Positions 49,788-59,195 of a stretch of 64,000 bases of DNA are shown piece by piece (the stretch's first letter is position 1; the number at the start of each line of letters is the position of its first letter). The notes under the pieces are model-generated. The model saw only the letters and a program-made list of their open reading frames with translations. It was not told the origin of the DNA and did no database searches. The position numbers and the translations under genes were made by a program. This DNA comes from Deltaproteobacteria bacterium (GTDB lineage Bacteria > Myxococcota > Myxococcia > SLRQ01). The DNA lies in contig JARGFU010000001.1 in assembly GCA_029210625.1 (NCBI GenBank), positions 133,806 through 197,805 on the forward strand, written 5' to 3'.

Positions 49788-50747
49788 ATGTCGCTCGCCT
49801 CGCTCACCCGATGGGGGCTGACGCTCGCCCTGCTGCTGGCCCTCACCGCCTGCCAGGATCCGACCGGTGAGATCTTCACGCCGGCCGGCCTCCTGGAGCG
49901 GTACAACACCATGTGGTCGTGGCCGGCGGCCCACCGCGGCAAGTGCGCGGCGGGCGTCCCCGAGAACACCCTGGCCGCGATCGACTCCTGCGAGGAGCGG
50001 CGGATCGCGCTGATCGAGCTCGACCTGCGGGTGAGCGCCGACGGGGTCGTCTTCCTGATGCACGACGCGGACGTCGAGCGCACCACCGACGGTGAGCTGC
50101 GCTTCCCGGGCCGCACCTCGGTCGACGAGCTCACGGCCGGGGAGCTGCGCTCCCTGGTGATCGACGATCCCCTCTGCCACGCCGCCGCGAGCGCCCTGCC
50201 CCGCCGCTGCCGGGTGCCCACCCTGGCCGAGGCCCTGGCCTCCACCCGCGAGTCGGTGCTCCTCCTCGACTACAAGGGCGGCTCGCTCGAGGCGATCGCC
50301 GCCACCCTCGAGGCGGGCCACCCCGACAGCCGGCGGACGATCTTCCTCGACTCCAGCCTCGCGACCCTCCGGGAGATGCAGGTGCGCCTCCCCGAGCTGC
50401 AGCTGATGCCCCGGGCCGCCAACGTCCCGGAGACCGAGGCCTTCCTCACCTCGGGCTTGAGCTTCTCCTGGCTCCATGGCGACACCGGCTGGCTGGGTGC
50501 CATGCGCGAGACCTTCGCCGAGCTGGAGGTGCGCCCCTACGCCAACGTCTTCGACCTCGACGTGGGGATCTCCCTCGCCGCCGAGACCCTGAGCGAGGAG
50601 GAGTACGAGGCCTTCCTCGAGGAGACCATCCGCCCCACCCTCATGGACTACCGGGAGCTCGGCCTGGTCGGCTTCGGCACCGAGAGCCCCGCCACGATCG
50701 ACCGCCTCCTCAACGGCCACGGCGGCTTCGGCTGCTGTCCTCTCTGA
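49788..50747 (+). CDS. Glycerophosphodiester phosphodiesterase (GDPD) family lipoprotein
   Basis: Lipobox LLALTAC. HRG…PENT and IELDLRVSADGVVFLMHD motifs. Confidence 0.7.
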   Translation: MSLASLTRWGLTLALLLALTACQDPTGEIFTPAGLLERYNTMWSWPAAHRGKCAAGVPENTLAAIDSCEERRIALIELDLRVSADGVVFLMHDADVERTTDGELRFPGRTSVDELTAGELRSLVIDDPLCHAAASALPRRCRVPTLAEALASTRESVLLLDYKGGSLEAIAATLEAGHPDSRRTIFLDSSLATLREMQVRLPELQLMPRAANVPETEAFLTSGLSFSWLHGDTGWLGAMRETFAELEVRPYANVFDLDVGISLAAETLSEEEYEAFLEETIRPTLMDYRELGLVGFGTESPATIDRLLNGHGGFGCCPL

Positions 50748-50754
50748 GCAAACC

Positions 50755-51669
50755 TTGAGCACCCTCCTCGGCGAGCTGGCCTGCCTGGGCGCGGCGGCGG
50801 TCTGGGCCTTCTCCCTGACCCTCTTCCGGGGGCCCATCGCCGCGCACGGCTCGGTGGCGGTGAACCTCGTGAAGTGCGCGGTGGCCACCCTGCTGCTGGG
50901 CGGGACCACCCTCGCCCTCGGCCAGCTCGAGGCCCTGACCGGGGCGAGCCCCGCGGCGCTGATCTTCCTCGCCGCCTCGGGGGTCGTCGGCCTCTCCCTG
51001 GGCGACAACGCCCTCTTCGCGGCGGTGCACCGGCTGGGGGTGCACCGCACCCTGCTGCTGCAGACCACCGCCCCGATCTTCACCGCGCTGCTGGCCTGGG
51101 GCTGGAAGGGCGTGATCCCCACCGGCCCTCAGCTCCTCGCGGCGGTCGTCATCCTGGTGGGCGTGGCCCTGGTCGTCGCCCCCTCGCGAGGGGAGAGCGT
51201 CGAGGCGGACGGCGCCGACCACCCGGCGCCCCTCTCTCTCGGCGTCGCCTTCGCGGTGCTGGCCGCCCTCGGGCAGGGCTTCGGCATCGTGCTCGCCAAG
51301 GAGGGCATGAGCGAGGTGAGCGTCATCCCCGCCGCGACCTTTCGCCTCGGCGCGGCGGCCCTCGGCCTCTTCCTCCTGGCGATCCCGGGCGGCGGCCTCG
51401 GGCGCACCCGCGCGCTGCTGACGCACCGCCCCTCGGTGAAGCGGGTGATGCCGGCGACCTTCCTGGGCTCCTACCTCGCCATGATGCTGATGATGGCCGG
51501 CATCGCCTTCGCCCCCGCGGCCATCGCGGCGGTGCTCCTGGGCACCACCCCGATCTTCAGCCTGCTGGTCGAGTCGGCGGAGCAGCGCCGCCTGCCCGAT
51601 CTGCGCCCCACCGCCGGCACCCTCGTCGCCGTCGTCGGCGTCGCCGCCCTGGCCCTGCTCTCGGCCTAG
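50755..51669 (+). CDS. DMT-superfamily (EamA-like) transporter
   Basis: Ten TM helices with duplicated halves. Non-ATG (TTG) start as listed in the track. Confidence 0.65.
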   Translation: MSTLLGELACLGAAAVWAFSLTLFRGPIAAHGSVAVNLVKCAVATLLLGGTTLALGQLEALTGASPAALIFLAASGVVGLSLGDNALFAAVHRLGVHRTLLLQTTAPIFTALLAWGWKGVIPTGPQLLAAVVILVGVALVVAPSRGESVEADGADHPAPLSLGVAFAVLAALGQGFGIVLAKEGMSEVSVIPAATFRLGAAALGLFLLAIPGGGLGRTRALLTHRPSVKRVMPATFLGSYLAMMLMMAGIAFAPAAIAAVLLGTTPIFSLLVESAEQRRLPDLRPTAGTLVAVVGVAALALLSA

Positions 51670-52211
51670 CCAGGCACGTACGTCAGACCCACGCCGCCAC
51701 CACCGGGCCAGAGCAGCGGCGTGACGACCACCTCGGCCGGACGGCGGCGCCTCGAGAGGAGCCGCTGGGCGATCATGGCCGCGCCGATCGCGAGGACCCC
51801 GAAGCCCACGCCCGCCAGGGCCGGCTCACCGTGGTAGAGCGCGAAGCCCGCCAGGGTCGCGCCGGCGAGGCCGAACACGATGGCGGGGCCCACCGGCCCC
51901 AGCTCCAGGAGCGACCAGCCGGCGAGCCCGACGAGGAAGCCTCCGGCGGTCAGGGCGCCACCGAGCAGGATGCCCGTCGTGTAGGACCACGGAGCACAGT
52001 CACCCGGGCTCGCCATCCAGCAAGGAAAGGCCAGCGAGAGCCCCCCCGCCACCATCAGGGCGCCGCCCGCGGAGAGCAGGACCGTGCCATCGACTCGCCG
52101 GTGCTCCTTCTGGACCTCCGCCTGCGCCGCGCTCGAGTCGGCCCGAGCGTGAGCCGAGGGAGCGCAGAGGAAGAGAACCACCAACAGCGACGTCACTCCG
52201 TACCGCGTCAT
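51666..52211 (-). CDS. Hypothetical membrane protein
   Basis: MTRYGVTSLLVVLFLCAPSAHARA signal peptide followed by 3-4 TM helices. GGAGGGA RBS. It is the only protein-like part of the 767-aa track ORF. Confidence 0.45.
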   Translation of the reverse strand: MTRYGVTSLLVVLFLCAPSAHARADSSAAQAEVQKEHRRVDGTVLLSAGGALMVAGGLSLAFPCWMASPGDCAPWSYTTGILLGGALTAGGFLVGLAGWSLLELGPVGPAIVFGLAGATLAGFALYHGEPALAGVGFGVLAIGAAMIAQRLLSRRRRPAEVVVTPLLWPGGGGVGLTYVPG

Positions 52212-52255
52212 GCCGACTCCCTCCATCTGCCAGGCCGCTCTCTCCGTGGCCGCCC

Positions 52256-55200
52256 TCAGACGAGCGCGGAGAGGTAGTCGGCGCGCAGGCCCTCGTCGCG
52301 CAGGACGTCGTAGGCGTCGTCGAGGCCGCGGCGGATCTCCTCGAGCTTGCCCCAGAGATCCTGGTAGATGACGTCGGCGTAGCGGGCCGGCTGCATCTCC
52401 CGGGAGAGGCGCTCGTAGGCCTCCTTGATCTCGTAGGCGGTGGCGTCGCGGGTGACGCCGAGGATCTCGAAGTAGTCGGCGTCCAGCGCCTGGCGGAACT
52501 TCTCCTCGATGCGGGTGCGGTCGATCACCGCCTGGCTCTGCGCCTCCTCGGGAGTCGAGGCCCGGCCCTCGGGCATGGCGCCGCGCACGCGCACGGAGAC
52601 CTGACCAGTCGACTCGAGGACGTAGAGCACCTGGTAGGTGGGCTCCTCGCCGAGCCCCGAGAGGAAGACCAGCTCCTCGGCGGAGTGGAGCCCATCGACG
52701 CTGGTGGCCACCCGCCGCTCGCGGGCCGAGAAGCCGAAGACCTGCCAGTCGCCCGCGGTCTCGGTGGGAGCGAGCACGGTGGCCGGCCCGCCGAGGCAGC
52801 GGTGGATGCGATCGAGGGTGTACTTGCGGCGGATGCCCTCGGCGACGAGCGCGAAGGGATGATCGGGCAGGGCCACCCGGGCGTCCTCCGGGCAGACGGC
52901 CTGGATCCAGCGCCAGCGCCCCTCCTCCTCGGAGAAGGCCCCGAAGAGCGCCGCCTGGGCCTGGGCCCGGACCGTGTCGTAGAGCTCCTGGGCCTTGAGC
53001 TGCCCGGCCTCGACCAGGGCGACGGCCGCCTGGCGGGGGAGCAGATCGCCCTCGGCCCGGATCTGCCGCGCCTGCTGGCGGGTGATCCGGCCCAGGCGGC
53101 AGGCGACCTCCTCCAGGCGCTCCGCCGCCGAGGTGGAGCTGGCGCCCACGACCCGGCCGAGCTCGACGAAGACGGCGCGGTTCACCGCGGCGCCGTGGAT
53201 CTCCAGCACGCCGGTGGCCCGGGCCCGGTAGAGGTCGGCCAGGAGCCGCGGCAGATCCCGCTCGAGGAGATCGCCCTCCTCGGGGAAGGGCGCGCCGGTG
53301 GGGTTCGGCTGGATGTCCTGGGGCGCCGGCGAGTGCGGCGCGGGCGCCGGCGGCGGCGCGGGGTTGCGGGGCGGGAGGGGCTGCGGCATGGGCGGCGGCT
53401 CCACGGGAGGCGGCGGCGGGGGCGCGGCCTGCTGCACCGGCGCCGGGGCGACGGGCGCGGGCGCCATCGCGGGGGCGGCGAGGCCTCCGTAGGAGGGTGC
53501 CGGCGGAGGCGGAGGTGGGGGCGGCTGCTCGGCGATGATCGGCGCCGGGGGCGGCGGCGGTACGGCGATGATCGGCGCGGGAGGCGGTGGAGGTGGCGGG
53601 GCAGGCGTCGGGGGCTCGTAGCCCCCCCAGGTGGGCGCGGCCAGGGCCTCGGGGTCGAGCCCCTCGGCACCCTCCACCACCCCCTCCTCCGTGGCGGTCT
53701 CGGCGGCACCCCAGCCTGCGGCGGCGCTGGCCTCGATCTCGGGTCCGCCCCCGAAGGGATCGAGGAGCATCGAGCCCTCTTCGACCTCGGCCGGCGGGGC
53801 CGGGATCGGAGGCTCGGGCTCCGGGTCGGGCGCATCGAGATCGATCGCCAGCCGGCTGCTGCGCTCGACGGGCTCTCCCTGCAGGGACTCCAGCTCGTAG
53901 GTGGTCGGACCGCCGGCGCCCCAGCCCGAGGCCCGGGTCGGCGCAACCTCGCGCTCGAAGGAGGTCCACCCTCCCTCGACCACCGCCGAGCGAGCGGGCC
54001 GTGGCGCCGGAGCAGGTGCGGGGGCGGGCGCCGGGGGCTCGGGCTCGGGCGGCGTGGCCGCCACCTCGATGGGCCCGGCGCCGGGTTCGTCCGGGAGCGC
54101 CTCGTCCTCGAGCATCGACTCGAGGTCCTCGAGATCCTCGTCGCGCTCGGCCTCCTGCTGGGCCCGGCGCTCGGCCTCGGCCTGGGCAGCCCGCTCGGCC
54201 TCGGCCTCGGCCAGGCGGCGGGCCTCCTCGCGGGCCTTCTCCTTCGCGGCGCGCTTGGCCGCCTTGCGGGCAGCCTCCTCCGCCTCGGCCTTGCGGCGCA
54301 GCTCCTCCGCCTCACGGCGGGCTTCCTCCGCGGCCAGGCGGGCAGCCTCCTCGGCCGCGAGCCGCGCCGCCTCGGCCTCGGCCTCCCGGCGCGCTGCCTC
54401 CTCGGCCGCCTGACGCTCCGCCTCCTCGGCCGCGAGCCGCGCTGCCTCCTCGGCCGCCTGACGCTCCGCTTCCTCGGCCGCCTTCTGCGCTGCCGCCTCT
54501 TCGGCCGCGAGCCGCGCTGCCTCTTCCTCGGCCGCCTGACGCTCTGCCTCCTCGGCCGCGAGCCGCGCCGCCTCTTCCTCGGCCGCCCTCTGCGCTGCCG
54601 CCTCTTCGGCCGCGAGCCGCGCCGCCTCTTCCTCGGCCGCCTGACGCTCTGCCGCCTCTTCGGCCGCGAGCCGCGCTGCCTCTTCCTCGGCCGCCTGACG
54701 CTCTGCCTCCTCGGCCGCGAGCCGCGCCGCCTCTTCCTCGGCCGCCTTCTGCGCTGCCTCCTCGGCGGCCTTGCGGGCCTCCTCCTCGAGGGCCCGCGCC
54801 CTGGCGTCCTCCTCCTCCCGGCGCTTGCGCGCGGCCGCGACCTTCTTCTTGGCCTCCGCCGCGGCGCGCTGCTTCATCGCCTCGGCCCGGCGCTTCGCCT
54901 CGGCCTCGGCCCGCTCCTTCACCAGGGCCTCTTCCTCTTCCGGGCTGGCGGCCTCGGCGCCGGCGGCGATCTCCCGGGCGGCCCGCTCCAGGTCGGCGGT
55001 GCGCTGGCGCTCGAGGGCGTCGGCCACCTCTCCCGCCGAGGCCGCGGTGACGGCGTCGTCGTCGGAGCCGGCCTCGGCGTCGCCCATCATCTCGGAGCCG
55101 ATGTCACCGAAGAGCTCGTCGGCCAGCTCCCCGGAGCGGCCCGGCTCGGTGACCTCCCAGGCGCCGGTGAAGCCCCGCTCCTCCTCCTCGGGGGCCGGGG

Positions 55201-55855
55201 CCCCACCCCCGGCGGCCGCGAAGGCCTCCTCGGCCCCCGTCGCGGTGAGGGCCTGGGCGCCAGGATCGGTGAGCGGCTCGTGCTCGTCCTCGTCGAGGGG
55301 CGAGGCCATGAAGGAGACCGAGGCCCCGGGGTCGGTGGCGCCGTCGTCCATCGCGGGGACCGGCGGCGGCGCCGCGGGAAGCCCGCTGATCGCGGCCAGG
55401 AACTCGGAGGCCTCCTCGTCGCTGGGACCGGGGAGGTCGGGGAGGTCGGGGACGGCGGTCACCGCGGTCTGCTCGCGGTCGCGGTCCATCCCCAGGTAGG
55501 CGTCGACCTTGGCGGCCACTTCGGCCCAGGGCACGGGCCGCCGGAAGAAGCCGTCGCCGCCGTTGGCCAGCGCCGAGGCCGCGTCGGTGACCTCGCCCTG
55601 GCCGTCGCCGATCATCAGCACCGGCAGCATCGGATCCTTGGCCTGCTGCCGGATCGTCTTGCAGATCTCCAGGCCCGAGTGCTCGTCGGTGGAGAGCGAG
55701 AGGATCACCAGCGCGGGATCGTCGTGCTCGATCACGACCTCGGCGTCCGCCGCGTTCGAGGCGACGACCGGCTCGTAGCCACCCTCCTTGAGGATTCGCC
55801 GGGCCGCGGAGACGGACGCGATGTCGTCGTCGATGACGAGGATGCGCTTGGGCAT
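52256..55855 (-). CDS. Multi-domain protein: pseudo-receiver (REC lacking the phospho-Asp), acidic region, E/A-rich 17-aa tandem coiled-coil repeats, Pro-rich region, DUF4388 (PATAN-like) domain, and a J-like domain lacking the HPD motif
   Basis: The N-terminal CheY-like fold (ILVIDDD…) has Ser where the phospho-acceptor Asp is expected (ALVILSLS). About 10 AAEEEAARLAAEEAERQ units. A PPPPPAP-rich tract. DUF4388 core GDLLERDLPRLLADLYRARATGVLEI…RAVFVELGRVV. C-terminal DYFEILGVTRDATAYEIKEAYERLSREMQPARY (J domain with HPD replaced by QPA). Confidence 0.8.
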   Translation of the reverse strand: MPKRILVIDDDIASVSAARRILKEGGYEPVVASNAADAEVVIEHDDPALVILSLSTDEHSGLEICKTIRQQAKDPMLPVLMIGDGQGEVTDAASALANGGDGFFRRPVPWAEVAAKVDAYLGMDRDREQTAVTAVPDLPDLPGPSDEEASEFLAAISGLPAAPPPVPAMDDGATDPGASVSFMASPLDEDEHEPLTDPGAQALTATGAEEAFAAAGGGAPAPEEEERGFTGAWEVTEPGRSGELADELFGDIGSEMMGDAEAGSDDDAVTAASAGEVADALERQRTADLERAAREIAAGAEAASPEEEEALVKERAEAEAKRRAEAMKQRAAAEAKKKVAAARKRREEEDARARALEEEARKAAEEAAQKAAEEEAARLAAEEAERQAAEEEAARLAAEEAAERQAAEEEAARLAAEEAAAQRAAEEEAARLAAEEAERQAAEEEAARLAAEEAAAQKAAEEAERQAAEEAARLAAEEAERQAAEEAARREAEAEAARLAAEEAARLAAEEARREAEELRRKAEAEEAARKAAKRAAKEKAREEARRLAEAEAERAAQAEAERRAQQEAERDEDLEDLESMLEDEALPDEPGAGPIEVAATPPEPEPPAPAPAPAPAPRPARSAVVEGGWTSFEREVAPTRASGWGAGGPTTYELESLQGEPVERSSRLAIDLDAPDPEPEPPIPAPPAEVEEGSMLLDPFGGGPEIEASAAAGWGAAETATEEGVVEGAEGLDPEALAAPTWGGYEPPTPAPPPPPPPAPIIAVPPPPPAPIIAEQPPPPPPPPAPSYGGLAAPAMAPAPVAPAPVQQAAPPPPPPVEPPPMPQPLPPRNPAPPPAPAPHSPAPQDIQPNPTGAPFPEEGDLLERDLPRLLADLYRARATGVLEIHGAAVNRAVFVELGRVVGASSTSAAERLEEVACRLGRITRQQARQIRAEGDLLPRQAAVALVEAGQLKAQELYDTVRAQAQAALFGAFSEEEGRWRWIQAVCPEDARVALPDHPFALVAEGIRRKYTLDRIHRCLGGPATVLAPTETAGDWQVFGFSARERRVATSVDGLHSAEELVFLSGLGEEPTYQVLYVLESTGQVSVRVRGAMPEGRASTPEEAQSQAVIDRTRIEEKFRQALDADYFEILGVTRDATAYEIKEAYERLSREMQPARYADVIYQDLWGKLEEIRRGLDDAYDVLRDEGLRADYLSALV
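54431..54770. repeat. Tandem 51/54-nt direct repeats (about 6 units) encoding the AAEEEAARLAAEEAERQ coiled-coil repeat
   Basis: The unit cgcgagccgcgc[c/t]gcctcttcctcggccgcctgacgctctgcc… recurs at 54431, 54506, 54557, 54611, 54665 and 54716. Confidence 0.8.
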
Positions 55856-55933
55856 GAAGAGTTCGAGGGCAGGCGAGGAAGGAGGCCTGGCAGGTCGCTC
55901 GACTCTAGCACCGGCTCCCGGATCGGATCCAAG

Positions 55934-55975
55934 AAGCGGCCGCCAAAGAGCCCGACTTTCGGCCGCTTAGCCGCG
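55934..55975 (-). terminator. Possible intrinsic terminator or hairpin downstream of priA
   Basis: On the minus-strand RNA, AAGCGGCCGAAAG…CUUUGGCGGCCGCUU forms a roughly 13-bp imperfect stem followed by a CUUCUUGG run. The U-tract is weak. Confidence 0.25.
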
Positions 55976-55989
55976 GTGGGAGACGTGCG

Positions 55990-58431
55990 CTAGAGCATGT
56001 TGCCCGGATCCACGTCCAGGCTCATCCGCACCCCGCTGCGCGGCGGCAGGGAGGCGAGGTAGCCCCCCAGCCAGCGCACCGCGGCCGGGCTGCCGGCCTT
56101 CACCAGGAGCTGCCAGCGGGCCTTGTTGCGCAGGCGGGAGAGGGGCGCCGGCGCCGGCCCGAGGATCTCCAGGTCGGCCTCCGGGCTCTCCATGGCGGCG
56201 ATCTCGGCGGCCCGCCCGGCGGCCAGGGCCGCCAGCTCCACCTTCCGCGGGCTCCCACCGTCGAAGCGCACCAGGAGCAGGCGGCAGTAGGGGGGCCAGC
56301 GCATCTCCTCCCGGGTGACCAGCTCACGGCGGGCGAAGCCGGCGTAGTCCCCGGCCAGGGCCGCCTGGATCGCGGGGTGATCGGGCTGCCAGCTCTGGAG
56401 GATGACCCGCCCGGGATCCTCTCCGCGGCCGGCCCGCCCGGCCACCTGGGAGAGGAGCTGCACCGCCCGCTCGGCGGCGCGCAGGTCGGGGATCCACAGG
56501 CCCTGATCGGCGAGCACCACCCCCACCAGGGTCACCCCCGGGAAGTCGTGCCCCTTCGCCACCATCTGCGTCCCCACCATCACGTCGAAGTGGCCGGAGG
56601 CGAAGCCGGCGAGGCCCTCGGCCAGGGCGCCGCGCTGCCGGGTGGCGTCGCGATCGAGGCGCAGCACCCGCACCCCGGGGAAGCGCCGCAGCACCTCGTG
56701 CTCCAGGGCCTGGGTGCCGGCCCCCGCCGCCTGCAGCTCCCCGCCGCAGCCCTCGCAGTGGCGGGGGATCTCGGCGTCGTGGCCGCAGTAGTGGCAGAGC
56801 ACCACCGGCGGCGAGCGGTGCAAGGTCAGGCTGATGTCGCAGTTCGGGCAGCGCCGGGTCTCGCCGCAGCTCGGGCAGAGCAGGGCCGGCGCCTGGCCGC
56901 GCCGGTTCAGGAAGAGGATGGCCTGCTGGCCGGCGCCGAGGGTCTCCTCGAGGGCGCCGATGAGGGTGCCGGTGAGGAGGGGCAGCACCTCCTCGCGCCC
57001 GCCGCCCTCGAAGCTCGCCGGCCGCTGCTGGCGCAGGTCCACCACCTGCACCTCCGGCAGCGAGCGCCGCGCGACCCGTTCCAGAAGGCGGTGGTGGGCG
57101 TAGCGGCCGCGCTCGACGTTCGCCAGGGACTCGAGGGAGGGCGTGGCCGAGCCCAGCACCAGGAGCGCGTCGCTCTGCCGGGCCCGCACCACCGCCAGAT
57201 CTCGGGCGCTGTAGCAGAGGCCCTCTTCCTGCTTGAACGAGCCGTCGTGCTCCTCGTCGACCACGACCACGCCGAGCCGCTCCACCGGGGCGTAGATCGC
57301 CGAGCGAACCCCCACCGCGATCCGCGCCTCGCCGCGGTGCAGGCGCCACCAGCTCTCGCGGCGCTCGGCGTCCGAGAGCCCGGAGTGGAGCAGGGCCACC
57401 GTCGGCCCGAAGCGCGCCTGGAAGCGTCCGACGAGCTGGGGCGTCAGGGCGATCTCGGGCACCAGCACCAGGGCGCCCAGCCCCCGCTCGAGGGCCGCAT
57501 CGATCAGGCGCAGGTAGATCTCGGTCTTGCCGCTGCCGGTGACCCCCTCGATCAGGTGGGCGGAGAAGGCGCCGAGGGAGGCCACCAGCGCCTCGACCAC
57601 CGGTCCCTGCTCGGGCGTGAGCTCTCCGGGGCGGCCGGGATCGGCCTCGACGGCCACCCCTCCGCCGGACTCCGGGGCCTCCTCCAGGGCGACCAGGCCC
57701 CGCTCCTCCAGCTTCTTGAGCAGGGGCCCCGCGCCGGGGACGGCGGCCATCAGCTCCTGGCGGCTCGCCTCGCCCCGCGCCTCCAGCCACTCCATCACCG
57801 CCCGCTGCGCCGGGGCCCGCTCCAGCTCGAGCCGGGCGTCGTCCAGGGAGTGGAGCTGCCGCACGGTGACCGGCACGGCGCGCCGGCCCTCGCGGACCCC
57901 CTCCCAGGACTCGCGCACCTCGGCCACCCCCGCCTCGAGCAGGCGCGCCGCCACCGGCGTGGGCACGCCGCCGCGCCCACCCACCCGCAGGCGCCCGGCC
58001 GGCGCCTCGCGCAGGCGCGCGAGCACCTCCTCGGCGGCCTTGCCGAGGGCGGGCGCCTCTTCTGGCGCGGGGCTCGAGGGCACGAGGAAGCGGGAGCCCC
58101 GCAGCGCCATCCCCGGCGGCAGGGCGGTGCGCAGGACGTCACCGAGGGGATGCAGGTAGTAGTCCGCGGCGAAGACGCAGAGGGAGATCAGCTCCTCGGA
58201 GAGCAGGGGCTCGAGGTCGAGGATCTCCAGCAGGTCCCGGGCCTCGTAGCCCTCGGGGGTGGCCCCCTCCGGCTCGATGACGATCCCGGTGAGGCGGCGG
58301 CCGCCGAAGGGGACGAGCACCCGCTGCCCGCGAGCGAGCGGCACCCCGGCGAGGTGCTCGGGCACCCCGTAGGTGAAGGTGCCGTCCACCGGCACGGTGA
58401 CGGCGACCTCGACGAAGCGACCCGCTGCCAA
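55990..58431 (-). CDS. priA: Primosomal protein N' (replication restart helicase PriA)
   Basis: Walker A GVTGSGKTE, a DEEH helicase motif, and the Cys4/Cys4 zinc-binding insert CPSCG…CPNC…CHYCG…CEGCG. Confidence 0.9.
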   Translation of the reverse strand: MAAGRFVEVAVTVPVDGTFTYGVPEHLAGVPLARGQRVLVPFGGRRLTGIVIEPEGATPEGYEARDLLEILDLEPLLSEELISLCVFAADYYLHPLGDVLRTALPPGMALRGSRFLVPSSPAPEEAPALGKAAEEVLARLREAPAGRLRVGGRGGVPTPVAARLLEAGVAEVRESWEGVREGRRAVPVTVRQLHSLDDARLELERAPAQRAVMEWLEARGEASRQELMAAVPGAGPLLKKLEERGLVALEEAPESGGGVAVEADPGRPGELTPEQGPVVEALVASLGAFSAHLIEGVTGSGKTEIYLRLIDAALERGLGALVLVPEIALTPQLVGRFQARFGPTVALLHSGLSDAERRESWWRLHRGEARIAVGVRSAIYAPVERLGVVVVDEEHDGSFKQEEGLCYSARDLAVVRARQSDALLVLGSATPSLESLANVERGRYAHHRLLERVARRSLPEVQVVDLRQQRPASFEGGGREEVLPLLTGTLIGALEETLGAGQQAILFLNRRGQAPALLCPSCGETRRCPNCDISLTLHRSPPVVLCHYCGHDAEIPRHCEGCGGELQAAGAGTQALEHEVLRRFPGVRVLRLDRDATRQRGALAEGLAGFASGHFDVMVGTQMVAKGHDFPGVTLVGVVLADQGLWIPDLRAAERAVQLLSQVAGRAGRGEDPGRVILQSWQPDHPAIQAALAGDYAGFARRELVTREEMRWPPYCRLLLVRFDGGSPRKVELAALAAGRAAEIAAMESPEADLEILGPAPAPLSRLRNKARWQLLVKAGSPAAVRWLGGYLASLPPRSGVRMSLDVDPGNML

Positions 58432-58445
58432 GGCCTGCCCTCTCC

Positions 58446-59195
58446 CTAGCTCGCGGGCTTGAAGAGCTTGGGATCGAGGTCGAGGTTCTGCTCGAGGCGC
58501 TCGGCCACGAAGCGGGCCCGGAGCTTTCCGTCGACGCGCAGCTGGATCTCGCGGGGGTGGAGCTCGCCGGTGGCCGGATCGTTGAAGCCGGTCATGCGCA
58601 GCTCGAGCAGCTGCTCGCCCGATTTCGTCCGCACCTGCACCGGCAGGAGCTTCTCCTTGTCGAACCAGATCGAGGGCTTCTCCACCTCGCTCGGCTTCGC
58701 CCCCACGACGTAGACCATCCGGTCATCGAGGCGGGAGAGGCCGCTGTAGGCGAGGTCGATCTTCCAGCGCTTGGCCAGGGCGTCGAGCTTCTCGGCGCCG
58801 AGCTCCTTGATGGAGAGGACCGGGCAGGCCAGGGAGACCAGCTCGTCGAGGAGCGCGAGCTTGCCGGCGGCCTTCGCGATGAGCTTGCCGTCGCGCACGA
58901 TGACGTGGGTGCCGCCGAGCTCGCCGGCCACTCCGTCCTCGTCGATCTCGAAGCGGCAGTCGCCCGGGAAGCGCAGGGTGTGGGTCGCCGGCAGCACCGT
59001 CCGCACCCCGGCCGCGTCGGTGATCACCAGCCGGCCGCCGACCTGCTGGTTGTCGGACTTCAGCTTCTCCCGCTGGCTGGCGAAGAGCTCGAAGATCGCG
59101 GTGGCGGGCAGCACGTAGGCCAGGGCCGGAGCGGCGACGCCGAGGGTGAGGGCCGCCAGCGCGGCGAGGAGGTGCTTTCGATGCAGACGCTTCAT
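58446..59195 (-). CDS. Hypothetical periplasmic protein (LolA-like size/fold is only a guess)
   Basis: Signal peptide MKRLHRKHLLAALAALTLGVAAPALA. 249 aa. Confidence 0.45.
   Translation of the reverse strand: MKRLHRKHLLAALAALTLGVAAPALAYVLPATAIFELFASQREKLKSDNQQVGGRLVITDAAGVRTVLPATHTLRFPGDCRFEIDEDGVAGELGGTHVIVRDGKLIAKAAGKLALLDELVSLACPVLSIKELGAEKLDALAKRWKIDLAYSGLSRLDDRMVYVVGAKPSEVEKPSIWFDKEKLLPVQVRTKSGEQLLELRMTGFNDPATGELHPREIQLRVDGKLRARFVAERLEQNLDLDPKLFKPAS

Noticed and set aside
45818-50245. Upstream 730 aa of the 1475-aa TonB-dependent receptor ORF, and the 748-aa plus ORF 45791..48037
   Set aside because: Only the segment from MSLERVGRIR has a signal peptide, plug motifs and a barrel. The upstream part is RGAP-rich and overlaps two well-supported plus-strand lipoprotein genes.
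52685-55993. 1102-aa plus-strand ORF antisense to the REC / DUF4388 / J-domain gene, and the 377-aa and 487-aa internal ORFs
   Set aside because: These are mirror images of the repeat tract (RLLGR…/PRPP…) without domain content. The minus-strand reading carries recognisable REC, DUF4388 and J-like domains.
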